A DNA stretch of 64,000 nt from an uncultured Verrucomicrobiae bacterium (GCA_963718565.1 OY970364.1:1984001-2048000); one strand, 5' to 3'; positions 29,756 through 39,820 are shown, counted from the stretch's first letter. Notes: generated by a model not told the origin, from the letters alone. Program-made: numbers and translations.

Positions 29756-30943
29756 TTACATTGTTCGCGGGGTCGGTTCGCGGATAGGTCTAGCCTGAGG
29801 AACAAAGAGAATTAAAAAGAATCCCGCGGCCAGTAATAAGCCTAGCAAGCAAAGCGTTGTGGCAATGGGATTAAAAGCGATCGCTTTTGCAAGAAACCCT
29901 GCCCCAATTGTCCCGAGATTTGCCACACACCATGCACCCCCCATCAACAGTCCTGAAACGGTACTTGGACTTTCGGGCACAAGCTTGTTTCCCCAAGAGA
30001 CAATCATGGGATTGACAGTTGCCATGAACCCCCCTAAAGCTGTCAGAAAAAGGAGGGTTTTTCCTAGGGAGTGTTCCGGTTGAATCAAAAAGCTATAAAG
30101 AAATAAGAGAGCGGAAAAAATTGTCATCAAAAGAACAGGCTTATGGCCATACTTATCGCACAAATGGCCCGCGGGAACCATTAACATTGCCCCGCCAAGT
30201 ACAAAGCAAAGGTGGCCGCCTCCCATGCAGAGCCAGGTATGGCAGCTTTTGGAGCGCATTAAATCGGGAAGCAAGAATAGGAAAGTGGTGATCAAAGTAT
30301 AATTGAACACTTGAGTTACATAAAGTAACAAAAGAGGGCGTTTAGCGCGCAGCAAAGGCCGTATAAATTCTTTAAATGAAAGTTTCCGATTGTCGTTTTG
30401 TTCTCGCATGGGATAAAAAGCAATCATAGTTACCAATAAGAAAACAGGAGTCAGTAACACAAGTGCATGGCCTCCGCAAAGATCGAGTGTTTTGGTAAAA
30501 ACGAGTTGCGAAGTGGCCAGGCCGATGGCGCCTCCCGAAGTAAAAAATAAAATGTTCCGGCCTTTGCGTTCAGAAGAGATCAGTCCTGCAAAACCAGCAG
30601 CGGCAGGATGATAAGATCCCGACCCCATCATCAATAGTAAAAGAATAAAGAAAGAAGTCCATAGATCATCGGTAAATGTGATCCAAAGAATAGAAGAGCC
30701 TAGAACTAATCCTAAAAGGATGACTTTTTTTCGAAATCCCCGATCAGCAAAATATCCAAAGCAAAGTTGGAGGATTTCTCCAAAGAATCCGCTTAAACCT
30801 GCAATTAACCCTGCCTTAGCCAGATCAATACCGGCAATCGTTTTATAAATGGGCCAAATGCCGGTAAAAAAATCGAGCAGCAGGTGGCTGCTCCAGAGAA
30901 GGAATAAACTCCTTCCCAAGGTCTGACGTATCTGAAGTGACAT
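29756..30943 (-). CDS. MFS transporter (Fsr-like)
   Basis: ~12 TM segments; GYFADRGFRK, GSGSYHP, GHLCDKYGHK. Confidence 0.85.
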   Translation of the reverse strand: MSLQIRQTLGRSLFLLWSSHLLLDFFTGIWPIYKTIAGIDLAKAGLIAGLSGFFGEILQLCFGYFADRGFRKKVILLGLVLGSSILWITFTDDLWTSFFILLLLMMGSGSYHPAAAGFAGLISSERKGRNILFFTSGGAIGLATSQLVFTKTLDLCGGHALVLLTPVFLLVTMIAFYPMREQNDNRKLSFKEFIRPLLRAKRPLLLLYVTQVFNYTLITTFLFLLPDLMRSKSCHTWLCMGGGHLCFVLGGAMLMVPAGHLCDKYGHKPVLLMTIFSALLFLYSFLIQPEHSLGKTLLFLTALGGFMATVNPMIVSWGNKLVPESPSTVSGLLMGGAWCVANLGTIGAGFLAKAIAFNPIATTLCLLGLLLAAGFFLILFVPQARPIREPTPRTM

Positions 30944-31008
30944 AAAAATAGAAGAGAAATGGTTTGTTCGCCTTCAATAATAGAAAAAACGAACTATCCG
31001 CACAAGGA

Positions 31009-31406
31009 TATACTGCGCCCGTTTCAGGGCGCAGGAAATTAAGAAGATTTTTTTAAATTCACTAAAAGTTTTTAAAGTGCTTCTTTTTCACATGTCGGGG
31101 ACACAGCACTTCGTGTCCAATGTCCCCTGCTGGTCCCTTGAGATAAGGACACGCAGTGCTTTGTCCCCGACATGTGAAAAAGAGACACTTTAAAAACCTT
31201 TACTAAGTTCAAAAAATTCTTCTTAATTTCCTATACCCTGGCGCCCGTTTAGGTTTTGCGAATTTTGACAGGCTGCGATTTTGCCAAATCGATCCTTCTC
31301 GCTCGCCTTGCTATTCAGCAATGGTCTCGCTCGTTCGGCCGCTTCGCTTCGATTTTGCTTCGTCTCGCAGAGTCAAAATTCGCAAAACCTAAGCGGGCGC
31401 AGTATA
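31009..31406. mobile_element. MITE family E (TA-flanked) interrupted by MITE D
   Basis: TIRs tatactgcgcccgtttaggttttgcgaattttgac / gtcaaaattcgcaaaacctaagcgggcgcagtata once the D insert is removed. Confidence 0.8.
31025..31240. mobile_element. MITE family D, 216 bp, CAGGG...CCCTG ends
   Basis: Long imperfect inverted arms; 10-bp duplication gcgcccgttt at 31015-31024 and 31241-31250. Confidence 0.85.
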
Positions 31407-32015
31407 TACTCTAGAAAATTGAAGTCTGGAGAGGATTGAGTTCAATTGTTTGGAAATTGTCATTAATTCGCTTTTTCAGCATGTCTTTTCAATGGCACCA
31501 ATAAAATGCAATCGCTCTTGCTTAGCGGTTGTTCCTAATGTCTTTATTTCGTTTTTTAGGATCCACCCAGCCACAGACTGGCTCTGATACTCAGGGTGTA
31601 CAGCATCTCCAAAGAAAATTTTCTCGCCTTCTTGGAGACCGGCTTTCAATTCATTGTATTTTTTAAGGAACGCAGCTTGTTTTTCGGGATCGAGCTTTCC
31701 TGGTACTTTGATTGGATGTTTATAAACAAATCCATGCCTCTTCAACCAATTTGTCATACCAGCCACAGTGTATTTCACTTGATATGCGTCTAGAACGTAG
31801 AGACAAATTTTGCTCATTTTGAGGTACGTTATTTGACTCAAATGTCTCCTCAGCGCATCTTCTTGGTCTAGGGTTAACTTGGAGGCCATTCCCAAATGTG
31901 GATCATTGATAGTTTTTTGCTTGGCATCGTATTCTCTTTGAAGCATTATCCACTATCGCTGAAATATTTTTTAGGGAAATTTAAAATTTTACAGAATCCA
32001 ATCATGAATAGTATA
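31405..32015 (-). mobile_element. IS630-family remnant with truncated transposase (31476-31946)
   Basis: WLKRHGFVYKHP..PGKLDPEKQ..F, FGDAVHP, RLHFIGAI; TATACT/AGTATA ends. Confidence 0.78.
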
Positions 32016-32126
32016 TCTATCTAAAAGCCTTGTTGAAAATTTTTCTTGGCTCATCATGGACAAAAAAAAGAGATGGGCATATAGTTAGAAATTGTTTAAC
32101 TTTTTTTTAAGAAGAGGAAATTTTAA

Positions 32127-32531
32127 ATGAAAAAAACCGTTTTTTTCTTAAGTGTTCTAGCTATTGCAGCCAGCTCTTCTCTTTTTGGAGCAAGCATAAG
32201 TGCAAATCAAAAAGGGTCTGGGAAAGCTCAATTAGGGCAAATGCAGGGGCAACAGGACCAAGGGCGAATGACTCAGCCTGATTGCACCCAGCTGACGCCA
32301 GACGAACAGAATTTTGCTAATCAGGTCAATGATATGAATAATAAAATGATGTTCTGTACGCAGTTTACTTCTCAGCAAAGGCAGCAAGCGATGCAAATGA
32401 TGGGGCAAATGGATGCGACAGGCAATATGATGACCGCTGATCAAGCTGTCAAGCAAGTCATGCAAAATAATGGGATGACTCCGATGAGCCAACAAAAAAG
32501 TCGATCCTCCGGTGGCTGCCCTGTGAAATAA
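32127..32531 (+). CDS. Secreted Gln/Met-rich hypothetical protein
   Basis: RBS gagga; signal peptide; paralog of the next gene. Confidence 0.8.
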   Translation: MKKTVFFLSVLAIAASSSLFGASISANQKGSGKAQLGQMQGQQDQGRMTQPDCTQLTPDEQNFANQVNDMNNKMMFCTQFTSQQRQQAMQMMGQMDATGNMMTADQAVKQVMQNNGMTPMSQQKSRSSGGCPVK

Positions 32532-32779
32532 GTTATACGGCGCGCCGTATATTTAACTTGAAACTGTTTGAATTTAACCCACTTTTGGAAATAAACCTTT
32601 TTAAAGTGAGATAATAAACGAAGCTCAAAAGTTTCGTTTATTATTTAAATTGATTATTTTTTGGCTCAATCCAATTGTAAGACTGGACAAAAAAATGGTT
32701 GAATTTATACAGTTGTTTCCATGCTATACTTGGCATCGCTGAGTATAAGCGAAAATGTTCCTTAGAACTCTCAGGAGAT

Positions 32780-33190
32780 ATGAAAACTATGAAAAGAAAT
32801 ACAATGATGATGCTGGCCCTTGTTGGAATGACAGCAGGATTGACAGCTGTGAATGCTGAAGAAGCACAAGCTCAAAGCACGACAGCTGCCCCAGCTCAAA
32901 AAGCTCAAGTTGTTGCAACAAGCACAGCTCAAAAAATTGCAGAAACAGCGGCGACAAAACTTTCTGTCGAAGAGCAAGCTTTTGTTGCAAAGCTCAGTGA
33001 TCAAAATCGCAAAGCATTTAGCGATAAATTTTCTATTGAGCAAAGAAAAGCCGTCATGATTGCTGCAAAAAACGGCGCTGATGCAGATGAAGCTGTTCAA
33101 AGAATGGTTGTAGCAAAAGAGATGAAAGATTCACCTGCTGTTGCAAACGCTGAAAAAGCAAATACAACAACTCCAGCTGCTACGAAGTAA
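32780..33190 (+). CDS. Secreted Ala/Thr-rich hypothetical protein
   Basis: RBS aggag before 32780; signal peptide ending VNA; shared L..EEQ.F...QR...AD.AV domain. Confidence 0.8.
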   Translation: MKTMKRNTMMMLALVGMTAGLTAVNAEEAQAQSTTAAPAQKAQVVATSTAQKIAETAATKLSVEEQAFVAKLSDQNRKAFSDKFSIEQRKAVMIAAKNGADADEAVQRMVVAKEMKDSPAVANAEKANTTTPAATK

Positions 33191-33205
33191 TCCTTTTTCT
33201 TGTGA

Positions 33206-33248
33206 GCAATCGCCTTCTAAAGTTAAAGAGGCGATTGCCTTCTTTCTT
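33206..33248 (+). terminator. Putative rho-independent terminator between convergent genes
   Basis: gcaatcgcct...aggcgattgc stem followed by a T-rich run. Confidence 0.6.
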
Positions 33249-34273
33249 TAGTTGGATTGTGCGCGCAGCATTACAGGTATAAAGTCGACGGCGTTATCAA
33301 GTGTCGCGTCTTCTCCATCTCCTACCGTTTCCAATGTGCGGCTGACTCTTTCGTACAGTTTTTCAGCAAGTTCAGGTCCTTGGATTTCCGTAATCCCACG
33401 GTTGGGATCGAAGAAAAAACCCAGCTCGTCATCGATTTTGACAAAGGTGGTTTGGTGTGTGGGAAATCCGACAGCATAAGCTCCGGCAGGCATTACTTTG
33501 AGCTGGCGAGTGATTTCAGCGGAATGGGATCTCCACTCGTTAGGAGTATGTTTAATCAGCCGAACAGGAACATAAGCAGTATCCGCAACAGATTGTGTGC
33601 CAATGTTGAGATTTAAAAGCTGTCCAGTGCCTAAAGAATTAATGCTGTGCAAAAGCGTCGGGTCCATCCCCCCGCCATCCTTAAACTGTTCTCCTAAGGC
33701 GGCCATATGAGCTCTTCGGTCGCTGAACTGATCCTTAGTCTTCAAATACAAATACAAAAACCAAAAACTCTCACCCCTGCAAATGCCATTGTAATGGCCA
33801 AATTTGATCTCGTGGTAGACTTGACAAAATGTCAGCTCTCTTACATTTGTAGGCACTTGGTTTTCAGGAATCGAAGGGTGTTTGTTGACAATTTCTCCTT
33901 CTCGGTTGGGGTCATTCAGAGAAGCCGCTATCTTCGAGACTTTGGTTGTTGCAGTGGAGAAGACCTCAAAACCGATGATCAGACGAACAGACCAATTTCT
34001 CATATCTTTAGCAAGATGTGAGGATCCACAACAGTCCAATCCGGCTGCCACAGTTTTTAGGAAAACAACAAGAACCATTCGAAAGGGAGATGTGGCGATT
34101 TGGCACACTTGCCATTTGCAATCCAAGTTGGGATTAAGCGGGAGAGGAACGCCTGAATAGGGTTCGTTTTTTTTGTTTAAAACTTCTTGAATGGCGGGAG
34201 ACTGATTAAAAAAATTCTGTAAATTCGGGTAATTTGTGAAAACAGATGCATTAAAAATTCTTGTTTCTGGCAT
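33248..34273 (-). CDS. Putative YopT/C58-like cysteine protease, copy 1
   Basis: NGICRGES ... FPTHQT ... FFFDPNRG. Confidence 0.62.
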   Translation of the reverse strand: MPETRIFNASVFTNYPNLQNFFNQSPAIQEVLNKKNEPYSGVPLPLNPNLDCKWQVCQIATSPFRMVLVVFLKTVAAGLDCCGSSHLAKDMRNWSVRLIIGFEVFSTATTKVSKIAASLNDPNREGEIVNKHPSIPENQVPTNVRELTFCQVYHEIKFGHYNGICRGESFWFLYLYLKTKDQFSDRRAHMAALGEQFKDGGGMDPTLLHSINSLGTGQLLNLNIGTQSVADTAYVPVRLIKHTPNEWRSHSAEITRQLKVMPAGAYAVGFPTHQTTFVKIDDELGFFFDPNRGITEIQGPELAEKLYERVSRTLETVGDGEDATLDNAVDFIPVMLRAQSN

Positions 34274-34300
34274 AATTACACGAAGTTTAATAAGTGGGAA

Positions 34301-34329
34301 ATTATATACGGTCAGTTTATTTGTTTCAA
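34301..34329 (-). promoter_or_regulatory. Sigma70-type promoter of copy 1
   Basis: TTGAAA-17 nt-TATAAT on the minus strand. Confidence 0.65.
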
Positions 34330-34378
34330 CAATAAATAGATTAATATAATAGTTTAATTAAAACTATCTTTAGCTGGA

Positions 34379-35389
34379 TTATGCGCGCAGCATCACGGGG
34401 GTAAAGTAGACGCGAGACGACGCCCTTCCATTATCTCCTGTCTCTTCCAATGTGCGGCTGACTCTTTCGTACAATTTTTCAGCAAGTTCGGGTCCTTGGA
34501 TTTCCGTAATCCCACGGTTGGGATCGAAGAAAAAACCCAGCTCGTCATCGATTTTGACAAAGGCGGTTTGGTGCCTAGGAAATCCGACAGCATAAGCTCC
34601 GGCAGGCATTACCTTGAGCTGGCGAGTCATTTCAGCAGACTGGGATCTCCATTCGTTAGGAGTATGTTCAATCAGCCGAACAGGAACATAAGCAGTATCC
34701 GCAACAGATTGTGTGCCAATGTTGAGATTTAAAAGCTGTCCAGTGCCTAAAGGATTAATGCTTTGTAAAAGCGTCGGGTCCATCCCTCCGCCATCCTTAA
34801 ACTGTTCCCCTAGAGTCGCCATATGAGCTCTTCGGTCGCTGAACTGATCCTTAGTCTTCAAATACAAATACAAAAACCAAAAACTCTCACCCCTGCAAAT
34901 GCCATTGTAATGGCCAAATTTGATCTCGTGGTAGACTTGACAAAATGTCAGCTCTCTTACATTTGTAGGCACTTGGTTTTCAGAAATCGAAGGGTGTTTG
35001 TTGACAATTTCTCCTTCTCGGTTGGGGTCATTCAGAGAAGCCGCTATCTTCGAGACTTTGGTTGTTGCAGTGGAGAAGACCTCAAAACCGATGATCAGAC
35101 GAACAGACCAATTTCTCATATCTTTAGCAAGATGTGAGGATCCACAACAGTCCAATCCGGCTGCCACAGTTTTTAGGAAAACAACAAGAACCATTCGAAA
35201 GGGAGATGTGGCGATTTGGCACACTTGCCATTTGCAATCCAAGTTGGGATTAAGCGGGAGAGGAACGCCTGAATAGGGTTCGTTTTTTTTGTTTAAAACT
35301 TCTTGAATGGCGGGAGACTGATTAAAAAAATTCTGTAAATTCGGGTAATTTGTGAAAACAGATGCATTAAAAATTCTTGTTTCTGGCAT
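34379..35389 (-). CDS. Putative YopT/C58-like cysteine protease, copy 2 (tandem duplicate)
   Basis: Near-identical to 33248-34273 with 1116-bp offset; FPRHQT...FFFDPNRG. Confidence 0.62.
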   Translation of the reverse strand: MPETRIFNASVFTNYPNLQNFFNQSPAIQEVLNKKNEPYSGVPLPLNPNLDCKWQVCQIATSPFRMVLVVFLKTVAAGLDCCGSSHLAKDMRNWSVRLIIGFEVFSTATTKVSKIAASLNDPNREGEIVNKHPSISENQVPTNVRELTFCQVYHEIKFGHYNGICRGESFWFLYLYLKTKDQFSDRRAHMATLGEQFKDGGGMDPTLLQSINPLGTGQLLNLNIGTQSVADTAYVPVRLIEHTPNEWRSQSAEMTRQLKVMPAGAYAVGFPRHQTAFVKIDDELGFFFDPNRGITEIQGPELAEKLYERVSRTLEETGDNGRASSRVYFTPVMLRA

Positions 35390-35416
35390 AATTACACGAA
35401 GTTTAATAAGTGGGAA

Positions 35417-35445
35417 ATTATATATTGTTAGTTTATTTGCTTCAA
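35417..35445 (-). promoter_or_regulatory. Sigma70-type promoter of copy 2
   Basis: TTGAAG-17 nt-TATAAT on the minus strand. Confidence 0.6.
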
Positions 35446-35487
35446 CAACAAATAGATTAATATAATAGTTTTAATTAAACAAATTAA

Positions 35488-35825
35488 AGAGGGGATTGCA
35501 AAACTCCTCACCAGCAGAAAATCGATGATTTTGGCGCTTGTTGCCAGAACCCGCACAGCGGGTTCGGTTGGCGGCGGCGAAAGCATACTTGGATAAGTGG
35601 CTGCGAAGACACGAGAAGGTCCGGGGAACCTTCGTAAGTAGCAAAGCAGGTGAGCGAAGAGCGAACCGGGGCCGAAGGCAGTCGCCGCCAAGGCGACAGT
35701 GCCAAAAGGTGTAAATAAAAGTGTTGAGGCTAGGCATTGAAATAATGCCTAGCCTCAACACTTTTATTTACGCCCGGTGCCAAAAGCGCGATTTTATGCG
35801 GCGAAGAGTTTTGCAATTCCCTCTA
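35488..35825. mobile_element. MITE family B carrying a nested hairpin element C (35708-35775)
   Basis: TIRs agaggggattgcaaaactc / gagttttgcaattccctct; homologous in inverted orientation to 43781-43962. Confidence 0.82.
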
Positions 35826-35828
35826 AAA

Positions 35829-36899
35829 CTATCTTTGCAAAGCGGGATATGTAAACAAAAGAAAATGAACGACGTTTAGGCCAAAATGACATAAAATACT
35901 CGCTTCAATCGACTTGGTCACTTGATAGATGGTGCCGTAGATCAAACTAGCGACGAAGACAAGGCAGAGAAAAGATAGGTCCGCCACCCAAATCAGATGT
36001 AACAGTATGAAAAAAATCGATGTGACAAAGATGCTCCCAAGTCCTGCAACTGGAGTTTTTCCGAACCAAAGATAGAGTTCGCGTTGAATGAATCCGCGGA
36101 AAAAAGCTTCTTCGGGAATGGACACAAAAATGAGATTGTCAATGAGCCATACAAAGATAATGAGGGGAATTTTGGGATCCCAAGTGACGAGATTGAAATA
36201 AAGCGAGATCGCCATCATGATTAAAATTCCAACAACACTCATTGGGATGCTGACTTTTAAGACTCGAAGCCACTCTGTCTTAGAAGAGATCAAAGGAATA
36301 CCGAATGCAAGGGCAAATAGTCCGATAAAAGGCTTGTCGAAATTGAACCATAGATTATAAGGATAAGCGCCTGGACTGATGCAAAGATTTGAAGCGATTT
36401 TCCAATGATTGAAGCCTGGGAGAAAATGGAAGGCCAAAGCAAGCGAGACGCCAATGGCGATACAAATCAGTAAAAACCTGGCGCTTTTTGGAAGGTCTTT
36501 ATTTATACCAAAACAACATGAAGAATCGATTTTTGGCTGCGCTGGACATCCCAGATTTTGAACCCGCCTGCATCGCACAACTTGTTCAAGTTGTGCTGCT
36601 TCGGCGCCGCTTCGCTGGTTCAAACTCTGGGCGCCAGCTTTGCCAAAATTTCGATTCTTCATGTTGTTTCGGTATAAGAAGAAGTGGCAAAAAAATAAAA
36701 TCAAAACAGGGATCAGCGACATCCAGGTGACAATCTTGGCTTGAAAGGCGAAAACATAAGCGATGAACAAAAAAGATCCCCATATCCAAGCTGTCTTACG
36801 TATCCAAAGGCTGATGAAGCTCATTGCAAAAGCAAAAAAACAGAGTGCCGAGATAGAATGATGCCAGAAGAGAGAATGGGAAAATGGGCTTTCAGTCAT
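35829..36899 (-). CDS. CPBP/CAAX-family intramembrane metalloprotease with an in-frame 57-aa MITE-derived insert
   Basis: PEEAFFRG, FILLH, SILCHFGLN motifs. Confidence 0.88.
   Translation of the reverse strand: MTESPFSHSLFWHHSISALCFFAFAMSFISLWIRKTAWIWGSFLFIAYVFAFQAKIVTWMSLIPVLILFFCHFFLYRNNMKNRNFGKAGAQSLNQRSGAEAAQLEQVVRCRRVQNLGCPAQPKIDSSCCFGINKDLPKSARFLLICIAIGVSLALAFHFLPGFNHWKIASNLCISPGAYPYNLWFNFDKPFIGLFALAFGIPLISSKTEWLRVLKVSIPMSVVGILIMMAISLYFNLVTWDPKIPLIIFVWLIDNLIFVSIPEEAFFRGFIQRELYLWFGKTPVAGLGSIFVTSIFFILLHLIWVADLSFLCLVFVASLIYGTIYQVTKSIEASILCHFGLNVVHFLLFTYPALQR
36504..36676. mobile_element. MITE family A' inserted in frame in the CAAX protease gene
   Basis: TIRs tataccaaaacaacatgaagaatcga / tcgattcttcatgttgtttcggtata; net 171 bp. 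Confidence 0.88.
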
Positions 36900-36951
36900 A
36901 TTTTTCTAACCTGAGTTTCTACTATCTTAATTGAAAAGTAGGATTTTGAAA

Positions 36952-37782
36952 ATGATTCGAAAAAAAAGGGGGGAGCTCGAGTGGCTCGAATTTGACCTTC
37001 TGGCTGATATTCCAGGACTTGCACATGCTGTTTTTTTGCGTCACGGGGGTGTGAGCGAAGGGCCTTACCGTTCTTTAAACATTGGCGGCAAAACAGGGGA
37101 TGATCCAAATAAGGTTACAGAAAACCGCCGGCGTATTTTTGAAGCATTAAACGTTCAGCGATGCATCGGAGGAATACAAGTTCATGGAAATGAAGTCGCT
37201 TTCATTGAAGATTCTAATCAAGAAGTTGGCGAATGCGATGCTCTGATCACAGACCGGAAAGAAATCGGGTTGATGATCAAACACGCAGATTGTCAAGCTG
37301 CCATTATCTACGATCCTGTGCATCGCGCCATTGCAAATGTGCATTCGGGATGGCGAGGCAATGTGAAGAATATCTATGGCGCTACAATACGGAAAATGGG
37401 GAACGTTTTTGGATCCAAGTCCGAAGATCTTCTTGTGGGGATTTCTCCAAGCTTAGGACCCGACCGGGCCGAATTTGTCCATTATCGAGTCGAGTTCCCT
37501 GAAGAATTTTGGAAGTTTCAAGTGAGGCCGTACTATTTTGACTTATGGGCGATCGCCCGCTTTCAGCTCGAAGCGTCCGGGGTTCTTCCTCATCACATCC
37601 AGATCGCTGAGATTTGCACGCATACCCAGGAAAAGGACTATTTTTCTTATCGCAGAGAGAAAACGAGCGGGCGCAATGCGACGCTGGTCATGCTGTCTAA
37701 AAATGGGGTACGTCCTCAAAAACCTATGACATTCAGTGCTTGCCATAGGTCTCCGAGGAAGTATGAATTGAGCGGTTTGTAA
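36952..37782 (+). CDS. pgeF: Peptidoglycan editing factor / purine nucleoside phosphorylase (YfiH family)
   Basis: QVHG, DALIT, HADC, HSGWRG, FSYRR. Confidence 0.9.
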   Translation: MIRKKRGELEWLEFDLLADIPGLAHAVFLRHGGVSEGPYRSLNIGGKTGDDPNKVTENRRRIFEALNVQRCIGGIQVHGNEVAFIEDSNQEVGECDALITDRKEIGLMIKHADCQAAIIYDPVHRAIANVHSGWRGNVKNIYGATIRKMGNVFGSKSEDLLVGISPSLGPDRAEFVHYRVEFPEEFWKFQVRPYYFDLWAIARFQLEASGVLPHHIQIAEICTHTQEKDYFSYRREKTSGRNATLVMLSKNGVRPQKPMTFSACHRSPRKYELSGL

Positions 37783-37864
37783 AGTCAGAACAAAACGCTC
37801 AGACCCATTAATAAAACTTTCGCTTGATAACAGAGCGCCCTATATTTAGCATGATGGATGGCTC

Positions 37865-38920
37865 TTATCTCAGCTTGTCATCAAAGAAGATCACGGCTTT
37901 CTTAGCGATCTCTGTATGAACTTTTGCACGGTCGATGGATTCTGGATCTGTGTAATATTTGGAATCCAGAAATCTTTTTCCAACCAAGGTTGTGCGATTC
38001 AAAAAAACGTAGTGATTGGCCTCACCTGAAAAGATTTTTAACGAGGCATGGGAGATTTTTTTAGCAAAGATTTTCGCATTCATGTCAATAGGGACAACCT
38101 GATCATTTTCTGTAGCAAAGATAAAAATGGGAATCTCGATTTTTGAAAGACTTTTTTCATCAAATAACCAACCCAAAGCGGGTGCCATCAACACCATTGC
38201 TGAAATGCGTTTGTCGAGAAATGAGCCCCTGGCCTGGTTAAAATCGATATTTTCGAGGGTGCTCGCAGAAACGACGTCGCCGACCTCTTTGAGGCAATGA
38301 TTTTTAATGTACTCAAGATCGTGCGCAGCTGCCTCAGCCCCGGCGATCCAGATTCCTGTAGAGCCGCCGAGAGAATATCCTGCAAATCCAATTTTATTTT
38401 GGTCCACGCGGTCTTTAAATAGAGTAGATTCCAGGAGTTGATCAAGGACAAATGAGATGTCCATGGGGCGTTCCCATGGTTGAGCATAGTATTCGGGAAT
38501 TCTATTATTCCAAGTATTCCCAAAGTGGTCCATAGCAGCGACAATGTATCCATTGGCGGCCAATACTTCAGCAAGCCAAGAGATGGTATACCTATCTGCT
38601 CCACTGCCATGCGACATCATAATCAAAGGATATTTAGACGATGCATTGCTCAAGGGAGCATCGCGAGCTTCGTCGCACCTTAACCAAAAGCCTGTTGAGG
38701 TTTGCGCTGGAATTTCTTTGTCTATGGGATACCATACTTCAGTGACAGCCGGCCGATTGCGACCTTGATCGAAATAATGAAAGGTAATGATTCCTGTCTT
38801 TTGCGGCTGAAGAATAATGGTTTTAAAGAATTTGCTTAGATTCAAGTTTCCGCTGAAAGGGATAATGAGAACCCAGGGAACAGTGAGATAAAAGATCCAT
38901 TTCAGGCGTTTTTTATTCAT
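37865..38920 (-). CDS. Alpha/beta hydrolase (predicted dienelactone hydrolase-like)
   Basis: SHGSG, GYSLGG nucleophile elbow, DQVVP, NHYVF. Confidence 0.82.
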   Translation of the reverse strand: MNKKRLKWIFYLTVPWVLIIPFSGNLNLSKFFKTIILQPQKTGIITFHYFDQGRNRPAVTEVWYPIDKEIPAQTSTGFWLRCDEARDAPLSNASSKYPLIMMSHGSGADRYTISWLAEVLAANGYIVAAMDHFGNTWNNRIPEYYAQPWERPMDISFVLDQLLESTLFKDRVDQNKIGFAGYSLGGSTGIWIAGAEAAAHDLEYIKNHCLKEVGDVVSASTLENIDFNQARGSFLDKRISAMVLMAPALGWLFDEKSLSKIEIPIFIFATENDQVVPIDMNAKIFAKKISHASLKIFSGEANHYVFLNRTTLVGKRFLDSKYYTDPESIDRAKVHTEIAKKAVIFFDDKLR

Positions 38921-39062
38921 GAGTTGTTTACGCGGTATAACTTAATTTGCTAATTAACATGATTCGATTTTTTTTTGAATTGTTTTTGATAGAACGTCCA
39001 CAAAAAAGATTATGCCGAAATGAACTCAAGATTTGGTTTTTGGCTATGTCGGGCAGCCGCAG

Positions 39063-39618
39063 AGGGATTAAGAAGGAATTCAAAATGACTGTGGGCAGAA
39101 ACAGGTATACATTTTGGTACGCGAATAATGTTCCTCTGAATGAGACAAAAAATGCCCCGAATGTGAATTTTTTAGAATGTGAATGGGAAGAAGTTCGAGG
39201 GGTTAAGGGAAAAACAATTCAGAAAGGTCATTGCGGTTGGGCAATAAGCCACGAAATCACGGTTAAAAATATTTACGAATTAATGCGCGGAGGGCGCGCC
39301 CGATGGAAAATTGAGAATGAAACTTTTAACACGCTCAAGAACCAGGGCTACCAATTCGAGCACAATTTCGATCATGGTAAAAACAACCTTCACACTATAT
39401 TTGCTTTTTTAATGATGTTAGCATTTTTAATTGACCAGATTCAAGAAGCAACGTGTGGGTTATTTCAAACAGCCATGCGACATATGCAAACAAGACGTGC
39501 ATTTTGGGAAAAAATGCGCGGCCTTTTTTATCTGTATTACGTTAAATCTTGGACGGATTTATTCGGAGCTCTAACACCGAGCTTTAAAGGTGCTACTCTG
39601 GGAGTGGACACCTCCTAA
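39063..39618 (+). pseudogene. DDE transposase C-terminal fragment (ISNCY-like)
   Basis: GRARWKIENETFNTLKNQGYQFEHNFDHG...LMMLAFLIDQIQE. Confidence 0.78.
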
Positions 39619-39820
39619 CAAGCGAGCTTGAGGAGGACCCTGGTTTTTGAGCGTATATAGATCTGACGGTGTTCGTAGGCAAAGGTGCTGGCGGTGTTGT
39701 TTTGTCAAAAACATTCTCATATCTGCGGCGAAGCCGCATTTCTCTCAGCTCCCGCTTCTAGCGGGAGCTGCTGTTGCTCACCTGCTCCTCTTTGAAAATA
39801 TCCACTGGACATTTTAAAGT

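Noticed and set aside
33248..35389. DGR template/variable repeat pair
   Set aside because: Whole-gene duplication including promoter; differences are not adenine-specific; no RT
35428..35761. Short ORFs at 35.4-35.8, 49.2-49.6, 18.5-19.0 and 53.3-53.7 kb
   Set aside because: They lie within palindromic MITEs and are probably spurious
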